Shown: one piece after another, positions 1-15,902 of the stretch
How positions within the stretch are numbered: position 1 is the stretch's first letter
Layout: each line of letters begins with the position of its first letter
Source of the DNA: the human T2T-CHM13v2.0 reference genome, Homo sapiens
Direction: 5' to 3' (one strand)
NCBI RefSeq assembly: GCF_009914755.1
Contig: NC_060948.1
DNA length: 64,000 nt
The notes under the pieces: generated by a model
Database searches by the model: none
What the model saw: the letters and a program-made list of their open reading frames with translations, nothing else
Told to the model about the DNA's origin: nothing
Position numbers and translations under genes: made by a program

Positions 1-309
1 CAACTCCACTTTTGTTTTTTTTTTTTTGTTTTTTTTTGGAGTTTTACTTGCTTCCAACACAAGGAAGGTGTTTTTTTTCCTGCTTCTATGATGATGGAAG
101 GCAGGTGATTCCTTTATGGAGTTTGAGCTCCATTCCAAAAAGAAAGATGAGTTTGGATTTTTTTCCTGCTTCTAGGATGGTAGAGAGCCGTCTACAGCCT
201 GAGACCCATCACTAGGTAAAAAAACCAGTTTGGGATTCTGTCTTGCAAATTATTTTTAAGCAACTCAAGTTAGCATTATTAGATATGAGTTCTAAATTTC
301 TTTTCAAAG

Positions 310-750
310 TATAGCAGGACCAGTCACAGACAAAACCTCTCAGACACCAGTTTTATGAAGGAAGGGGCTTTAATCAGCTGGGAGCATCAGTAGACTCGCA
401 TCTCAAGGTCTGAGCTCTCTGAAGTAAAGATTCCTCTCTCATTTAAGGGCTTACATCCCTAAGGGGTCCACATGAAAGGGTCTGCAAGTAGGGGCTATGT
501 GACTGAGGGCTACGTGCATCAGTGATGGGGGCTAGCAAAACAGAACAGAACAGAAAGTTTCACAATGCTTCCTCATACAATGTCTGGAATCTATAGATAA
601 CACAGTGGTTAGGTCAGGAGTTAATCTTTAACTACCATGCCTGGTTTTTGGTGCCAAGCCCTCTGTCTATTGATCCCACTTCTGCTTCTTTTTAACTTTT
701 TGCTTCCTTTTTGAAACAGGAGACAATGGGACAGGTGGTCTCCTTCCTTA
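310..750 (-). mobile_element. LTR2 (HERV-E LTR)
   Basis: Minus strand begins TAAGGAAGGAGACCACC and ends ...GTCCTGCTATA, matching recalled LTR2 consensus ends. Confidence 0.85.
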
Positions 751-957
751 TTTTCCCCCTTTGAGTATCTCACTTATTAGTGGGAATTCTGACTTTCATC
801 TTCACTATCTAGGTCTTTCTGTGAGACAGATCAATAGTGATTCATGTAATACACTTGTGCTGAAGTATTTTGGTGAACTAAAATAGTGAAAAATCTTCTC
901 ATTATTTGAAGGAGCAAAGGCAGCAAGCAGGGGAGCAACAAGTAGGTTCCTATTATT
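751..957 (-). mobile_element. HERV-E internal 3' end (end of env plus polypurine tract)
   Basis: PPT AAAGGGGGAAAA abuts the LTR2; the upstream sequence resembles the HERV-E env TM cytoplasmic tail. Confidence 0.75.
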
Positions 958-1034
958 AAAGCATCCATATGTCAGTATGTTTAATTCTTTGCCTTCTACT
1001 TTAAAACTTAACTTCCTCATAAAGCAACCTTTTT

Positions 1035-1241
1035 TGATTACCTGCTCCCCCCTGACTCATTTCAATCACCTCCTCCACACTGACTCATTTCGATTTACCT
1101 GCTCCACCCTGACTCATTCCAATTACCTACTCCACCCTGACTCATTCTGATTACATACTCCACCCTGACTTATCCTGATTACCTGCTGCATCCTGACTGC
1201 TTCTGATTACCTACTCCACCCTGACTCATTCTGATTACCTG
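1035..1241 (+). repeat. 28-bp VNTR inside LTR10F, about 7 units, 5 with intact AP-1 site TGACTCA
   Basis: TGACTCA at 1053, 1081, 1110, 1138, 1222; degenerate copies at 1166 and 1194; spacing 28-29 bp. Confidence 0.92.
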
Positions 1242-2442
1242 TTCTGTCATAACCATTTTTCCTGCCAAACCACTCACCCTGTCACTTTCTTTAAATTAGC
1301 CAATTGGAATTAGTTTAGCCTGTGCTGTCTAATCCTAGCCAATAGGGGAACAACATAGCAGCAGGGCCACATGCATCAGGGATAAGAACCCCTTCCCTTC
1401 CCTTGTCCAAGTGTGCACTCACCACTGCTCCATCTGAAGGGTGCACCGTTCTATAGAAATAACTTGCCTTGCTGAGAATTTTTTAAAAAATTATATTCGA
1501 GTGCTATTTCTTTGCAGCATTGAAGCTTTATAAATAACAGCAATAATAACAAGCTGGTGTGAATTTCTCCTTACACTTAGAGCACTCAGAAGTCATATAA
1601 TTTATCGATGGTTTAGCAGCATTTTGTCCTAGCTGAAATACGGTAATGAGAATTTAAAAGTTTTTGTTGTTGTTGTTGTTATTGTTGTTAAAGGAGCTCA
1701 GTGGTTAAAGGTTAGCTTAATTAAAAGGCTAACATGCAAATTCTGTTTGTGCATGTATGCCTGTGTGCAAGTTTGTATTTAAGAGGCCTTCAGTTTTTGG
1801 TTATTTCTGTTTTTCTCTCCTAAATCTTTGTCTTTTTTTTAGCAAAAATTTTTTTCTTCTCAATTGACTGAATTCTGTTTTTCACCTGATTTTTTCACTA
1901 AAATAGTATTGCAGCAAAGGCTACTCTTGGCTTTTTAAGAAATAATGTAATTTAGACACTCAGAAATGTCTTTGTTTAAAAAAAATTAAGTGCACTTTGA
2001 AAGTGTCTCCCTCTAAAACAACTTTTTCTGTGTACCTTATGATTTGAAATTTGCAACTTGATTTTCACCTGAGTTGTTTCTTTTAATATGCAAATTTAAA
2101 GCTATTCAGCTAACAACTGCCTAGAGTTGTTAAGACAGGTTATAAAGCATCTGAAAATCTAAGGTAAAAAAAAAAGTGGGTGTGGGGTCTTTATGAATCT
2201 CTAAAAGGTACTTCCACAAGCATGTCTAATATGTCTATTTATTCATATGGTATACATAATGTTTCACTACTAAAAATATATAAAAGAGCTCTAATTAATT
2301 AGCTTAAAGAAAAATAAAGGTGCTTAAATCAGATACTAAAAATGAAAAGGCTAGTCAAATGCTTTTCAATTTTATGTAACTAAGGTAAAATCTTTAATAA
2401 CAAAGCTGGCCTTAAAATTCTTGGTAAAGTAATATTAGAAAT

Positions 2443-2945
2443 TGCTGAGACCAGCTTGGAGACCCCAATACAGTGGTGCTAGAGGAATTAAAGACACACA
2501 CACAGAAATATAGTGTGTGAAGTGGGAAATCAGGGGTCTCACAGCCTTCAGAGCTGAGAGCCCCAAACAGAGATTTACCCACATATTTATTGACAGCAAG
2601 CCAGTGATAAGCATTGTTTCTATAGGTTATAGATTAACTAAAAGTATTCCTCACAGGAAACAGAGGGATGGGCTGAAACAAAGGGATGGACTTCGGCTAG
2701 TTATCTGCAGTAGAAACATGTCCTTAAGGCACGGGTCGCTCATGCTATTGTTTGTGGCTTAGGAATGCCTTTAAGTGGTTTTCTGTCCCATTTGGGCCAG
2801 GCGTTCCTTGCCCTCATTCCAGAAAACCCACGACCTTCAGCGTGGGTGTTATGGCCATCATGAACATGTCACAGTGCTGAGAGATTTTGTTTATGGCCAG
2901 ATTTAGGGCCAGTTTATAACCAGATTTGGGGGCCTATCCCCACCA
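2443..2945 (-). mobile_element. MER9 3' LTR
   Basis: Homologous to 8045-8552; preceded on the minus strand by PPT AAAAACAAGAAGGGGGACA (2946-2964). Confidence 0.92.
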
Positions 2946-2949
2946 TGTC

Positions 2950-4054
2950 CCCCTTCTTGTTTTTTCAAAGTGACAAAAGCAAAGGCAGCTTTGTCATGGT
3001 GAGTTACTTCTTGCAAGAGTTGGGATCCGCATCTGCAGACCATACAAAGAACACAGATTAAAAACACAATCATCATTGAAACCACAGAGCTTCCAAGTGA
3101 TTTTATCAATTTTAATGGGTTACTAGCTGTTAATCTGTCTGCAGCTCTAGTTCCTGGCATTAAGGTCAGGTGTGCCTGGGATGCCTTAAATATTTGTTCT
3201 TTTAATTTTGCCATATCCAAAGACAAGTTTGTACAGTGTCCTTCTGGATGGTTTTTTATTCTTTCCCAAATTTTTATCTTATTAAGAGTCATTAATAGTT
3301 TCCACAAATCCTTATGTTTAGCTCTTACTGTGGGCCACATCATTGAGATTGAGGTGCCACTATACTGCCATGCTTCCAGATAATAGAAACTCTTGCCATA
3401 TTTCTTACTATTTCTACCATCTGACCATTTTGTTTAGACTAGCTGAACATAGTGTGGCCATGGCATGCAGACTGAGAGGTGCAATTCAAGCTAAACATCC
3501 CCTCAGTGGATCAATCAATGATGATTCCATAGGAATTGTTGTGCAGCACCTCTGCCTGTTCTGCAGTGCAATCTTCCTAAACAAGTATGTTCATTATTTC
3601 TGGCAAGATCCAATTGTGTTTACAAATAAGTTTTTGGGGGCAGTATGCCTCAATTATAGGAGCAGATTTATTATGGTAAATACTGAGATTAGAAAGCATG
3701 TGTAACTGTGTCAGAGTGATTACATCCAGGCATTATTGCCAGCCAAGATTGATAAATATGCCCAATAATATACTTGTTCTCTGTGTCAGCACTTGTTGAA
3801 GGGATACTCATGACAGTGGTGATCACCGCTATCATAGCTACCATTAAATTACTCATTGTGACTGGTTGTCCTGCTTTCCTCAGATTTTCTTCTGCCATCT
3901 GTGACAGCTTCTTGATCTGTCCCCAGGTAGGTGGCTGTGTTCGATGGGTGTTGCTCATGACAGTTGGGATCCTCCGCAATGTCAGTCTCAACATGGCTGC
4001 AACTGGAGGGTCCTTGGGATCCTCCTGGAATCTCTTCTTCAGCATCTGGCTCAT
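2950..4054 (-). pseudogene. env: HERV-K(HML-3) env remnant (leader plus TM part, most of SU apparently deleted)
   Basis: ORF 3689-4054 has PPTWGQIKKLSQMAEENL plus a hydrophobic signal segment; ORF 2903-3343 has TM-like LSLDMAKLKEQIF...SMMIVFLICVLCMVCRC. Total only about 1.1 kb. Confidence 0.8.
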
Positions 4055-6545
4055 GATAAGGTTTCAGGTGTCTTGATGGTACCATCAAAATCGGCTGTTG
4101 ATTCAGTCCTGGAGAAGCACAAGCAGAAACTCTACCCCAACTTATTATTTTACCTATTTCGCAACTTTTTGTTATTGGATCTCTCCACCAAACGAGTTGT
4201 TCTGCTTCTGTCTTTGCAGCTGGTTTCTGTAGATACTGTTCAGCTGTTGATAGCATCTGGCCTTTAGGCAGGCTCAAACAATTTATGGTCAATAATGCTA
4301 GATTCAATTGCATATGCAGTGTCTCGTAGTATCTGTTTTCCTCCTTTTGCTTTTGAAACTGCTGTTTCAGGGGGAGATTCATTCTTTCTACTGTGGCTTG
4401 TCCTTGAGAATTATATGGGATGCCAGTAAAGTGGCTAATATTTCATACAGAGAAAAATGTAGCCAGAAGTTGGCTAGTATAGCCTGGGGCATTATCTGTT
4501 TTGATAGAAGCTGGAATGCCCATCACCACAAAACACTGCAAAAGGTGACATTTAACACTGGCAGAAGACTCTCCTGATTGGCATGTAGCCCAGACAAAGT
4601 GAGAAAAGGTATCCACACATACATGTACATAAGCTAGTCTCCCAAATGAGGGAAGATGTGTGACATCCCTTTGCCAAAGAGAGTTAGGTTCCAATACTTG
4701 ATAATTAACTCCTCCCATAAAAGATAAGCAATGCACCATTTGGCAAGTTGGGCATTGCTGAATAATGGCTTCAGCTTCTTCCCAGGTAATGCTGTATCTG
4801 CATTTGAGACCAGAGGCAATAACATGGGTTAAACTGTGAAAGTGTCGGCATTAGATATTGCAGTAGCAACTAGGCGATCAAGCCATTTGATTCCTTGCAG
4901 TCAAAGGTCCTGGAAGAGGTGTTTGAGCCCTAATATGAGTGAGTAAAAAGGGTGCATTCTACTCCTAACTGCTTTAATTGGGTAGAAAATCACCAGTTGT
5001 TCATCTGTATGAAATCATAACTGAGCATTTTCAATTAATTGTGTGGAGTGAACCACATATGAAGAATCAGAAATCACATTAATAGGCATATAAAAAGCAG
5101 TCAATACCTCAACTACAGCTACAAGCTCTGCTTTTTGAACTGAGGTATAGGGTGTCTGAAAAACTTTTCCTTTTGAAGCAGAATAAGATTAGACCCATCT
5201 ATAAAAACATTTTCAGCACCTTCAATTAGTTTAAATTTAGTTATTTTAGGGAGAATCCAATTAGTTAATATCAAAAATTGAAATAATTTTGTTTTAGGAA
5301 AATGATTATCGAGAACACCCACAAAGTCAGCTAAATGGGTTTGCCAAGTAAGACTATTTATGAAAGCTTACTGTATTTGTGCCTTCGTGAGAGGGATAAT
5401 AATTTTTCCAGGATCATATCCATGTAATTTAACATTCTGAGTTCTCCTATTTCTTATCATAGTAGCAATTTGATCCAAATAAGGAGTTAGAGTCTGTGAA
5501 TTAGTATGTGGAAGAAAAAGCCATTCTACAAAGTCCACTCTAGGACAATAACACCAGTAGGTGAATGCTGAGTTGGAAAAAATCAGCAAATCTAGAGTCT
5601 TCTCTGGATGTATTCATGTGAGCTTTATAGACTTGCTTTTGAATCAGCTGTAAGTCTGCCTCAGCCCCCTTTGTTAATTGCAGAGGGCTAGTTAGACTAG
5701 GATCTCCTCTAAGGGGAGAAAATAGATTACTCATGGCATAGATAGCAATGCCTAGAGCAGGATATATCCAATTAATGTCCCCTAGTAATTTTTGAAAGTC
5801 ACTTAATGTTTTCAACTGATACCTACATATGGTTAATTTTTGTGGCACTATTGTAGTGTCATTTACTAAGGTCCCCAAGTAGGAGTAAGGAGTAGTAGTC
5901 TGCATTTTGTCAGCAGCTATAATTAAACCAGCACAATAAATCAAATTTTGCAAGTGCTTATAACATTGGAGTAATATTTCTCGAGTGGGGGCAGCACAAA
6001 GTATGTTGTCCATAAAATGAATAAATCTAACACTGAAAATTTTTATGAGTAGGTTCAATTGCTTGCCCTACATACATCTGGCAAATTGTTGGGGTGTTTA
6101 ACATGCCTTGTGGCAACATTTTCTACTGAAAATGCTTAGCAGGCTGCAGGTTGTTTACCGCAGGAATTGTAAATGCCAACCGTTCACAGTCTTCAGTAAA
6201 GAAACAGTCTTTTAAATCCATGACTATTAAAGACCAAGTTTTTGGAATCATAGCAAGAGAAGGCAGTCCTAGCTGCAATGTACCCAAAGGTTGTATAGCT
6301 GAATTAATGGCTGTTAAGTCAGTGAACATTCTCCATTTACCTGATTTTTTCTCAATTACAAAAACTGGAGAATTCCAAGGGGGAAATGTTGGAGTTATGT
6401 GTCCTTTTTCTTATTGTTGATTAACAAAGTCCTCTAAAGCTTCCAGTTTCTCTTTACTTAGTGGCCATTGTTCTATCCAAATTGGCTTATATGTTAACCA
6501 TTTTAAAAGTATAGATTTTGAAGGCTTAATAATGGATCCCATCAA
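3940..6545 (-). pseudogene. pol: HERV-K(HML-3) pol remnant (RT-RNaseH-IN), multiply disrupted
   Basis: Fragments: [31 protein letters not shown] (YMDD decayed), FQKLLGDINW, VFIDGS (RNase H), WQRDVTH...IKTDNAPGY (integrase), VWWRDP. Confidence 0.88.
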
Positions 6546-6559
6546 AAATGATATCCTAA

Positions 6560-7472
6560 ACCTCGGTGGGAGATTTGTCTTTTTGCTTGAAGCAGTTCCT
6601 TCAAACCTTGCAAGTTTTTCTCCTAGTCCCATACAAGGGACATACCGCATTTCATGCATCATATGTTGACTTTGAGGGCTATACATCTGCTCTGGAATTA
6701 GAACTTGTTCTCCCCATTGTTGTAATAAATCTCTTCCCCATAAATTTATAGGTACAGAAGTTACAGTTGGTTGCATAGTCCCACGTTGTCCACTGGACCC
6801 TTCACAGTGCAAAATATAACTACTTTGATATACTTCAGGGGTGTTACTCTCTCTAACTATGTTAAATTGAGTGCATTGAATTGGCCACGTGCATGGCCAG
6901 TGCTGTAGAGAATGATTGAAATGTCCACTCCTGTATCTACCAAATCTTTAAATTTCTTTTCCCTGAATAGCTATTTCACAGGTAGAACATTTATGAGTAA
7001 TTCGATTCACCCAATAAGCTGCTTTGCATTGTTTATTTGTTCTTCCACATCCTCGCTTTCATTTAGTTTCACTTTCCCCCATTTCCATATATGGCACAAT
7101 CAGGAACTGTGCTATACGCTCTCCTGGCTCTGCTTTCAAGGGAACAGAAATTGATATAACAATTTGATTTTCCCCATTGGAATCTGAATCAATGACTCCT
7201 GTTTGTACTTGCACTTCTTTTAAATTTAAACTAGACCTGCCTAGAACTAATCCTATTGTCCCTGCTGGCGAGGGTCCACAGACCCCTGTTGGAACTTTTT
7301 GCAGGTGTTCCCCAGGAAGAAGACTTACAGCTTTTGTGTAGCATAAATCTACTGTGGCACTACTGGCTGTGGCAGGAGACAGACATTGTACAGGAGTGAA
7401 GGAATGGCCTGAGCTGGAAATGCCCTGGTTTGGAATGGGACTGAGGACTAGCCCCTCATGGCATTTCTCCAA
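6560..7472 (-). pseudogene. pro: HERV-K pro remnant: dUTPase + aspartic protease + G-patch
   Basis: GRSSLNLK..TGVIDSD..ERIAQFL (dUTPase, ORF 7059-7472); LVDTGVDISII read from the minus strand at about 6911-6943; NLWGRDLL and MMHEMRYVPCMGLG (G-patch). Confidence 0.88.
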
Positions 7473-7474
7473 CT

Positions 7475-7900
7475 TAAAAAGAAAATGCTCAAATGTAGCT
7501 ATAATATTTCCCTGTTGATCTGGGGGATGTATTCTAACAGGGAACTATGAAGCCTCTAAATCATCCTTTCTTCTAGCTTGCTGAATTCCTGCCTGAATGG
7601 AACTGAGAGCAGTTGCTCAAGGTTCTGCTCAAATAGTCACTGGGGCAACAACTTTTTGCCCAGTGCCCTCCAGAAAGAAAGATCTGGAGGGTCAGGCCAC
7701 TCTGTTTCTTCAAAATAATGAGGGAATGGAGAAGGGTAGGGATGAACCTCTCCTTCCTTTGCTGCTTTAGCTTTAGCTGGCAAACAAACCTGCTCTGTCA
7801 CCTCTTCTGTTACTTTGTTATATAATCCTTCCTCCTCTTCATTAGTGTGAAAAGGTTCCAAGGTGGAATGAACCAGAGCCCACACTTGTCCCATTGTCAC
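7475..7900 (-). pseudogene. gag: HERV-K gag remnant (N-terminal part only)
   Basis: MGQVWALVHSTLEPFH...PYPSPFP in ORF 7637-8050; joins pro after only about 430 bp. Confidence 0.7.
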
Positions 7901-8023
7901 CCTGATGCTTCTGAGCTCCCCTTCTAACTCATCACGGGGATTGCTTAAGTGTACTTGCATGACCTCCAGCTTAGTTCCACATTCTCCAACCATTGCTCTG
8001 GTGACCCTTTGACCTGGGCTTGA

Positions 8024-8042
8024 GCCCCACATATGGGCGCCA
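8024..8042 (-). promoter_or_regulatory. Primer-binding site, tRNA-Lys type
   Basis: Minus strand TGGCGCCCATATGTGGGGC two bases after the 5' LTR. Confidence 0.85.
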
Positions 8043-8044
8043 CT

Positions 8045-8552
8045 TGCCAAGACCAGCTCGGTCAGGGAGATCCTAACCCAAGGGTGCTAGAGGAATTAAA
8101 GACACACACAGAAATATAGTGTGTGGAGTGGGAAATCAGGGATCTCACAGCCTTCAGAGCTGAAAGCCCCAAACAGAGATTTACCCACATATTTATTGAC
8201 AGCATGCCAGTGATAAGCATTGTTTCTATAGATTATAGATTAACTAAAAGCATTCCTCATGGGAAACAAAGGGATGGGCCAAAACAAAGGGATGGGCTCT
8301 AGCTAGTTATCTGCAGCAGGAATATGTCCTTAAGGCACAGATCACTCATGCTATTGTTTGTGGCTTAGGAACACCTTTAAGTGGTTTTCCACCCTGGGTG
8401 GGCCAAGTGTTCCTTGCTCTTATTGCAGTAAACCCACAATCTTCAGCATGGGTGTTATGGCCATCACAAACATTTCACAGTGCTGCAGAGATTTTGTTTA
8501 TGGCCAGTTTTGGGGCCAGTTTATGGCCAGATTTGGGGGCTTGGTCCCAACA
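8045..8552 (-). mobile_element. MER9 5' LTR
   Basis: Minus strand TGTTGGGACC...CTTGGCA; homologous to the 3' LTR. Confidence 0.92.
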
Positions 8553-8659
8553 AGAAATGTCTTATGAATTGCCAACATACATTTTTGTTTGCATTTATTA
8601 ATCAAGCAATTTCATATTTATCCCTGCTGAATAGTATAAGTTGTCAAAGTTTGGCATAG

Positions 8660-9026
<367 letters not shown>

Positions 9027-9663
9027 TGCTTCTGTATTTTTTAGTACATAAGACATTGATATGGGTTTAATGAAAATAGCTGCATCTTGAATTTAGTAAG
9101 ATTACCATAACTTCTAATCCTGCAGCTATAGACAGTCCAGTCCACAGACAATAAGGAGATTTGTTTTGCAAACAGACTGTTATCATATTTTTTTCTTCTC
9201 CCAAAGTTAGTTCAGCCTATGCCCAGGAATGAAAAGGACAGCTCAGAGGTAAAGAGCAAGATAGAGTCAATTAGGGCAAATCTTTTTTCACTGTTTCAGT
9301 TATAATTTTGCAATGGTGGTTTCATAACTTTAAATTCATGACTATCACAGTTTTCATAAATAATCTAGGTAAACAATTAAAATAGGTAAATGTAATGGGA
9401 TAAATACTTGTAGACAAACTGGTCATAATTTAGACTATAAAATTAAATTAAATTAAATAATAAATATTTCATTATTTGGGTATTTTCCAATATATATTGT
9501 AGGAAGATATTCTTACTAAAAAAAAAAGTGAGAGAGAAGTATATTCTTTTTTTAAAAATTGGTGAAAATTTTTTGTCTAATTTGAACTTTATTTAAAGGT
9601 TATATATAAAACAAGGTAACAAAAAAGCCAGGAAATTTTAAAAGATGTAAAGAAAGTGATAAA

Positions 9664-9960
9664 GGCTGGTGCCTGTGAGCACTTTGGGAGGCCGAGGCAG
9701 GTGGATCACTTGAGGTCAGGAGTTCAAAACCAGCCTGGCCAACATGGTGAAACCCCATCTCTATAATAAAAATAATTTTAAAAAGTAGCTGGGCATGGTA
9801 GCTGGTGTCTATATTCCCAGCTACTCGGGAGGCTGAGGCAGGAGAATCACTTGAACCTTAGAGACAGAGGTTGTGGTGAGCTGAGGTTGTACCATTGCAC
9901 TCCAGCCTGGGTGACAAGAATGAAACTGTGTCTCAAAAAAATACAAATACAAATACAAAT
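9664..9960 (+). mobile_element. Alu (AluS-like, 5' partly deleted)
   Basis: Alu body with (AAATAC)n tail. Confidence 0.9.
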
Positions 9961-12012
9961 AAAAAGTTATAAAAATAAGGAGGGGTTTTTTTTAGGTTAA
10001 AAGGTTACAGAAAAATATAAGAAAAAATATTGTATGATAAATGTAGCCCTAAAGTAAAATAACTAGTTGTTTAAAAAGGGGGGATATTCAGGCCAAACCA
10101 GAAGTCATAAATGGTTGGTTTAGTCACTATAAGAAGATTTATATGTTAAAAAACCCAAAAACTTTTATGTAATCAAGTTGTCATATTATTACTAAGTTTT
10201 GGTTTGCTTAGGACAAAAAACTGTGGCATAATTTTTCTTAAAATTCAGGTCATTACATCCATGTATCTTTCTGTATGTGCAAAGCCCTTGTAATATTGAG
10301 TTACAGGACTTTAACACTAAGGTCTAAAAAGGACACTAAGTCCTGCTGAATCTTAAACACTGACAGCAATTAAAGCGTCATCTCAGGCCCTATAGAAGAT
10401 ACCAATCAAAATAAACTATATTCCTCAGACACAGGAAAAAGAAAAAGAAACAAAAGCTATTCAATTCCTCAAGGCTCAGGGAATGTCACAAAAGGGTTGG
10501 GCATGTAAGATGGTAAGGGCTGATTTTGAAAGATAAGTTCACTTTCTCTATAAGTTAATTATCAGGGTCAAATGTACACTGATGCAAAACAAGTACATGA
10601 ACCCCTGTGTCAGATTAACAAGGTTTTCTTGAAGCATTAACCAAGAATTTAATATAGGTTATACAGGTAACAAAAGGTTTATGGAAGTTATATTTAATAA
10701 TGGAGATTAAATTTTATAGATTGTTTACAAAATTTTGAACAACATATGTAATTGGCTTCATGTTGTTTTTATTAGAGCTTCTTGTTTAGAAAATTACTTC
10801 CCATCCTCAAAGAATAAAGGTTTTCACTTTTTAAAAAATTCTTAAACTATCACTTTTGTTAAATAAATGACTTTACAATGACCTGTAATCCTAATTTGTA
10901 ATATCAAGTGTTTTAAACATTTTATATTTGACAAACATTCCAAAAATCAAAGCATAAATTATGTCTTTTTCTAACCTAATTACATGCTTTAAGATGTTAG
11001 TTATCCTAAAGATCAAAAATGACATAATTTGCCTTATTTTATATAACAATTATACAGGAAGCATTTGTCATATATGAAATGGTGTTTAGTTTTCTTTGGG
11101 CTGTATTTGCACAAGTGATTTACTGGTATGTGTTCCAAAATTATGGGAAAATCCTGTAAGTCTGATAAAACAGTGTATATTATCAGTAAAACAATCATTA
11201 TGCTAAAATTGTGTGCCACAGAGGTAACAGATTTCCTTGTTAATTGTGTATTTTAACTATGGCTGTCTTAAAATTTTTTAAAATCCATGGACAATTGTCT
11301 TGTTTTCATCCTCTTTAGAAGGTGATTTTATTTTCAGCCATAAAACTCCAACAGATGCTTTTAAATGCAGGTTCCTGGTAACTTTGGAGACTATGACATC
11401 AGAACAAAGGAAAAACATTCAGAACTCATGGACAGCTAAAATATTCATGAGTATCAAGCAGAAGAGGAATTAACTGCATGGACTGAACTAATCTTGTTGA
11501 TTTTTTGCTTAAAATGATGCTGATCCTTTGTTTTCTTTTTCAGATCTTAAAACTTTTCTTTTGAGCTACTAACAGATTTTAACAATTTAGTATAGTCCCA
11601 TGAACAAAATTTGGAGCACACTTGGTTTCTTTCTACATGATTTTCTCCAGAATTTGGAAACTATTTTTTAGTATTCTTATCTTATGGCAATACAATTATT
11701 TGCATAACTGTAACAAGAATCTGTTTTCATTTGTAACAGGACACAATTGGAAACACTGGTAATTTTTTTTTTTTTTTTTGAGATGCAGTCTTTTTTTTTT
11801 TTTTTTTATTATACTTTAAGTTTTAGGGTACATGTGCACATTGTGCAGGTTAGTTACATATGTATACATGTGCCATGCTGGTGCGCTGCACCCACTAACG
11901 TGTCATCTATCATTAGGTATATCTCCCAATGCTATCCCTCCCCCCTCTCCCAACGCCACAACAGTCCCCAGAGTGTGATATTCCCCTTCCTGTGTCCATG
12001 TGATCTCATTGT

Positions 12013-15866
<3,854 letters not shown>

Positions 15867-15902
15867 TTAGTTGATGCAGTTTCTTCCTAGTCTCGATGGT
15901 CT

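Larger units (their letters stand above)
277..1539 (+). mobile_element. LTR10F-like solo LTR (HERV-I family), interrupted at 310-961
   Basis: Starts TATTAGATATGAGTTCTAAATTTC (consensus TGTTAGATATG...), resumes CATCCATATGTCAGTATG at 962, ends ...TAAATAACA. Contains the diagnostic CCACCCTGACTCATT VNTR and CCAAT boxes. Flanks GCAT (273-276)/GCAA (1540-1543). Confidence 0.85.
2443..8552 (-). mobile_element. HERV-K(HML-3)/HERVK9 provirus with MER9 LTRs, defective
   Basis: Two homologous ~500-bp LTRs, 6-bp TSD AGAAAT (2437-2442, 8553-8558), tRNA-Lys-type PBS, PPT, and gag/dUTPase/pro/pol/env remnants in betaretroviral order. Confidence 0.93.

Noticed and set aside
1035-1241. Regularly spaced 28-bp repeats resembling a CRISPR array
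   Set aside because: Units are head-to-tail with no unique spacers, lie inside a primate LTR, and there are no cas genes.
2903-8050. HERV-K ORFs of 100-180 aa as functional genes
   Set aside because: All are fragments broken by stops and frameshifts; the RT motif is decayed to FMDN.
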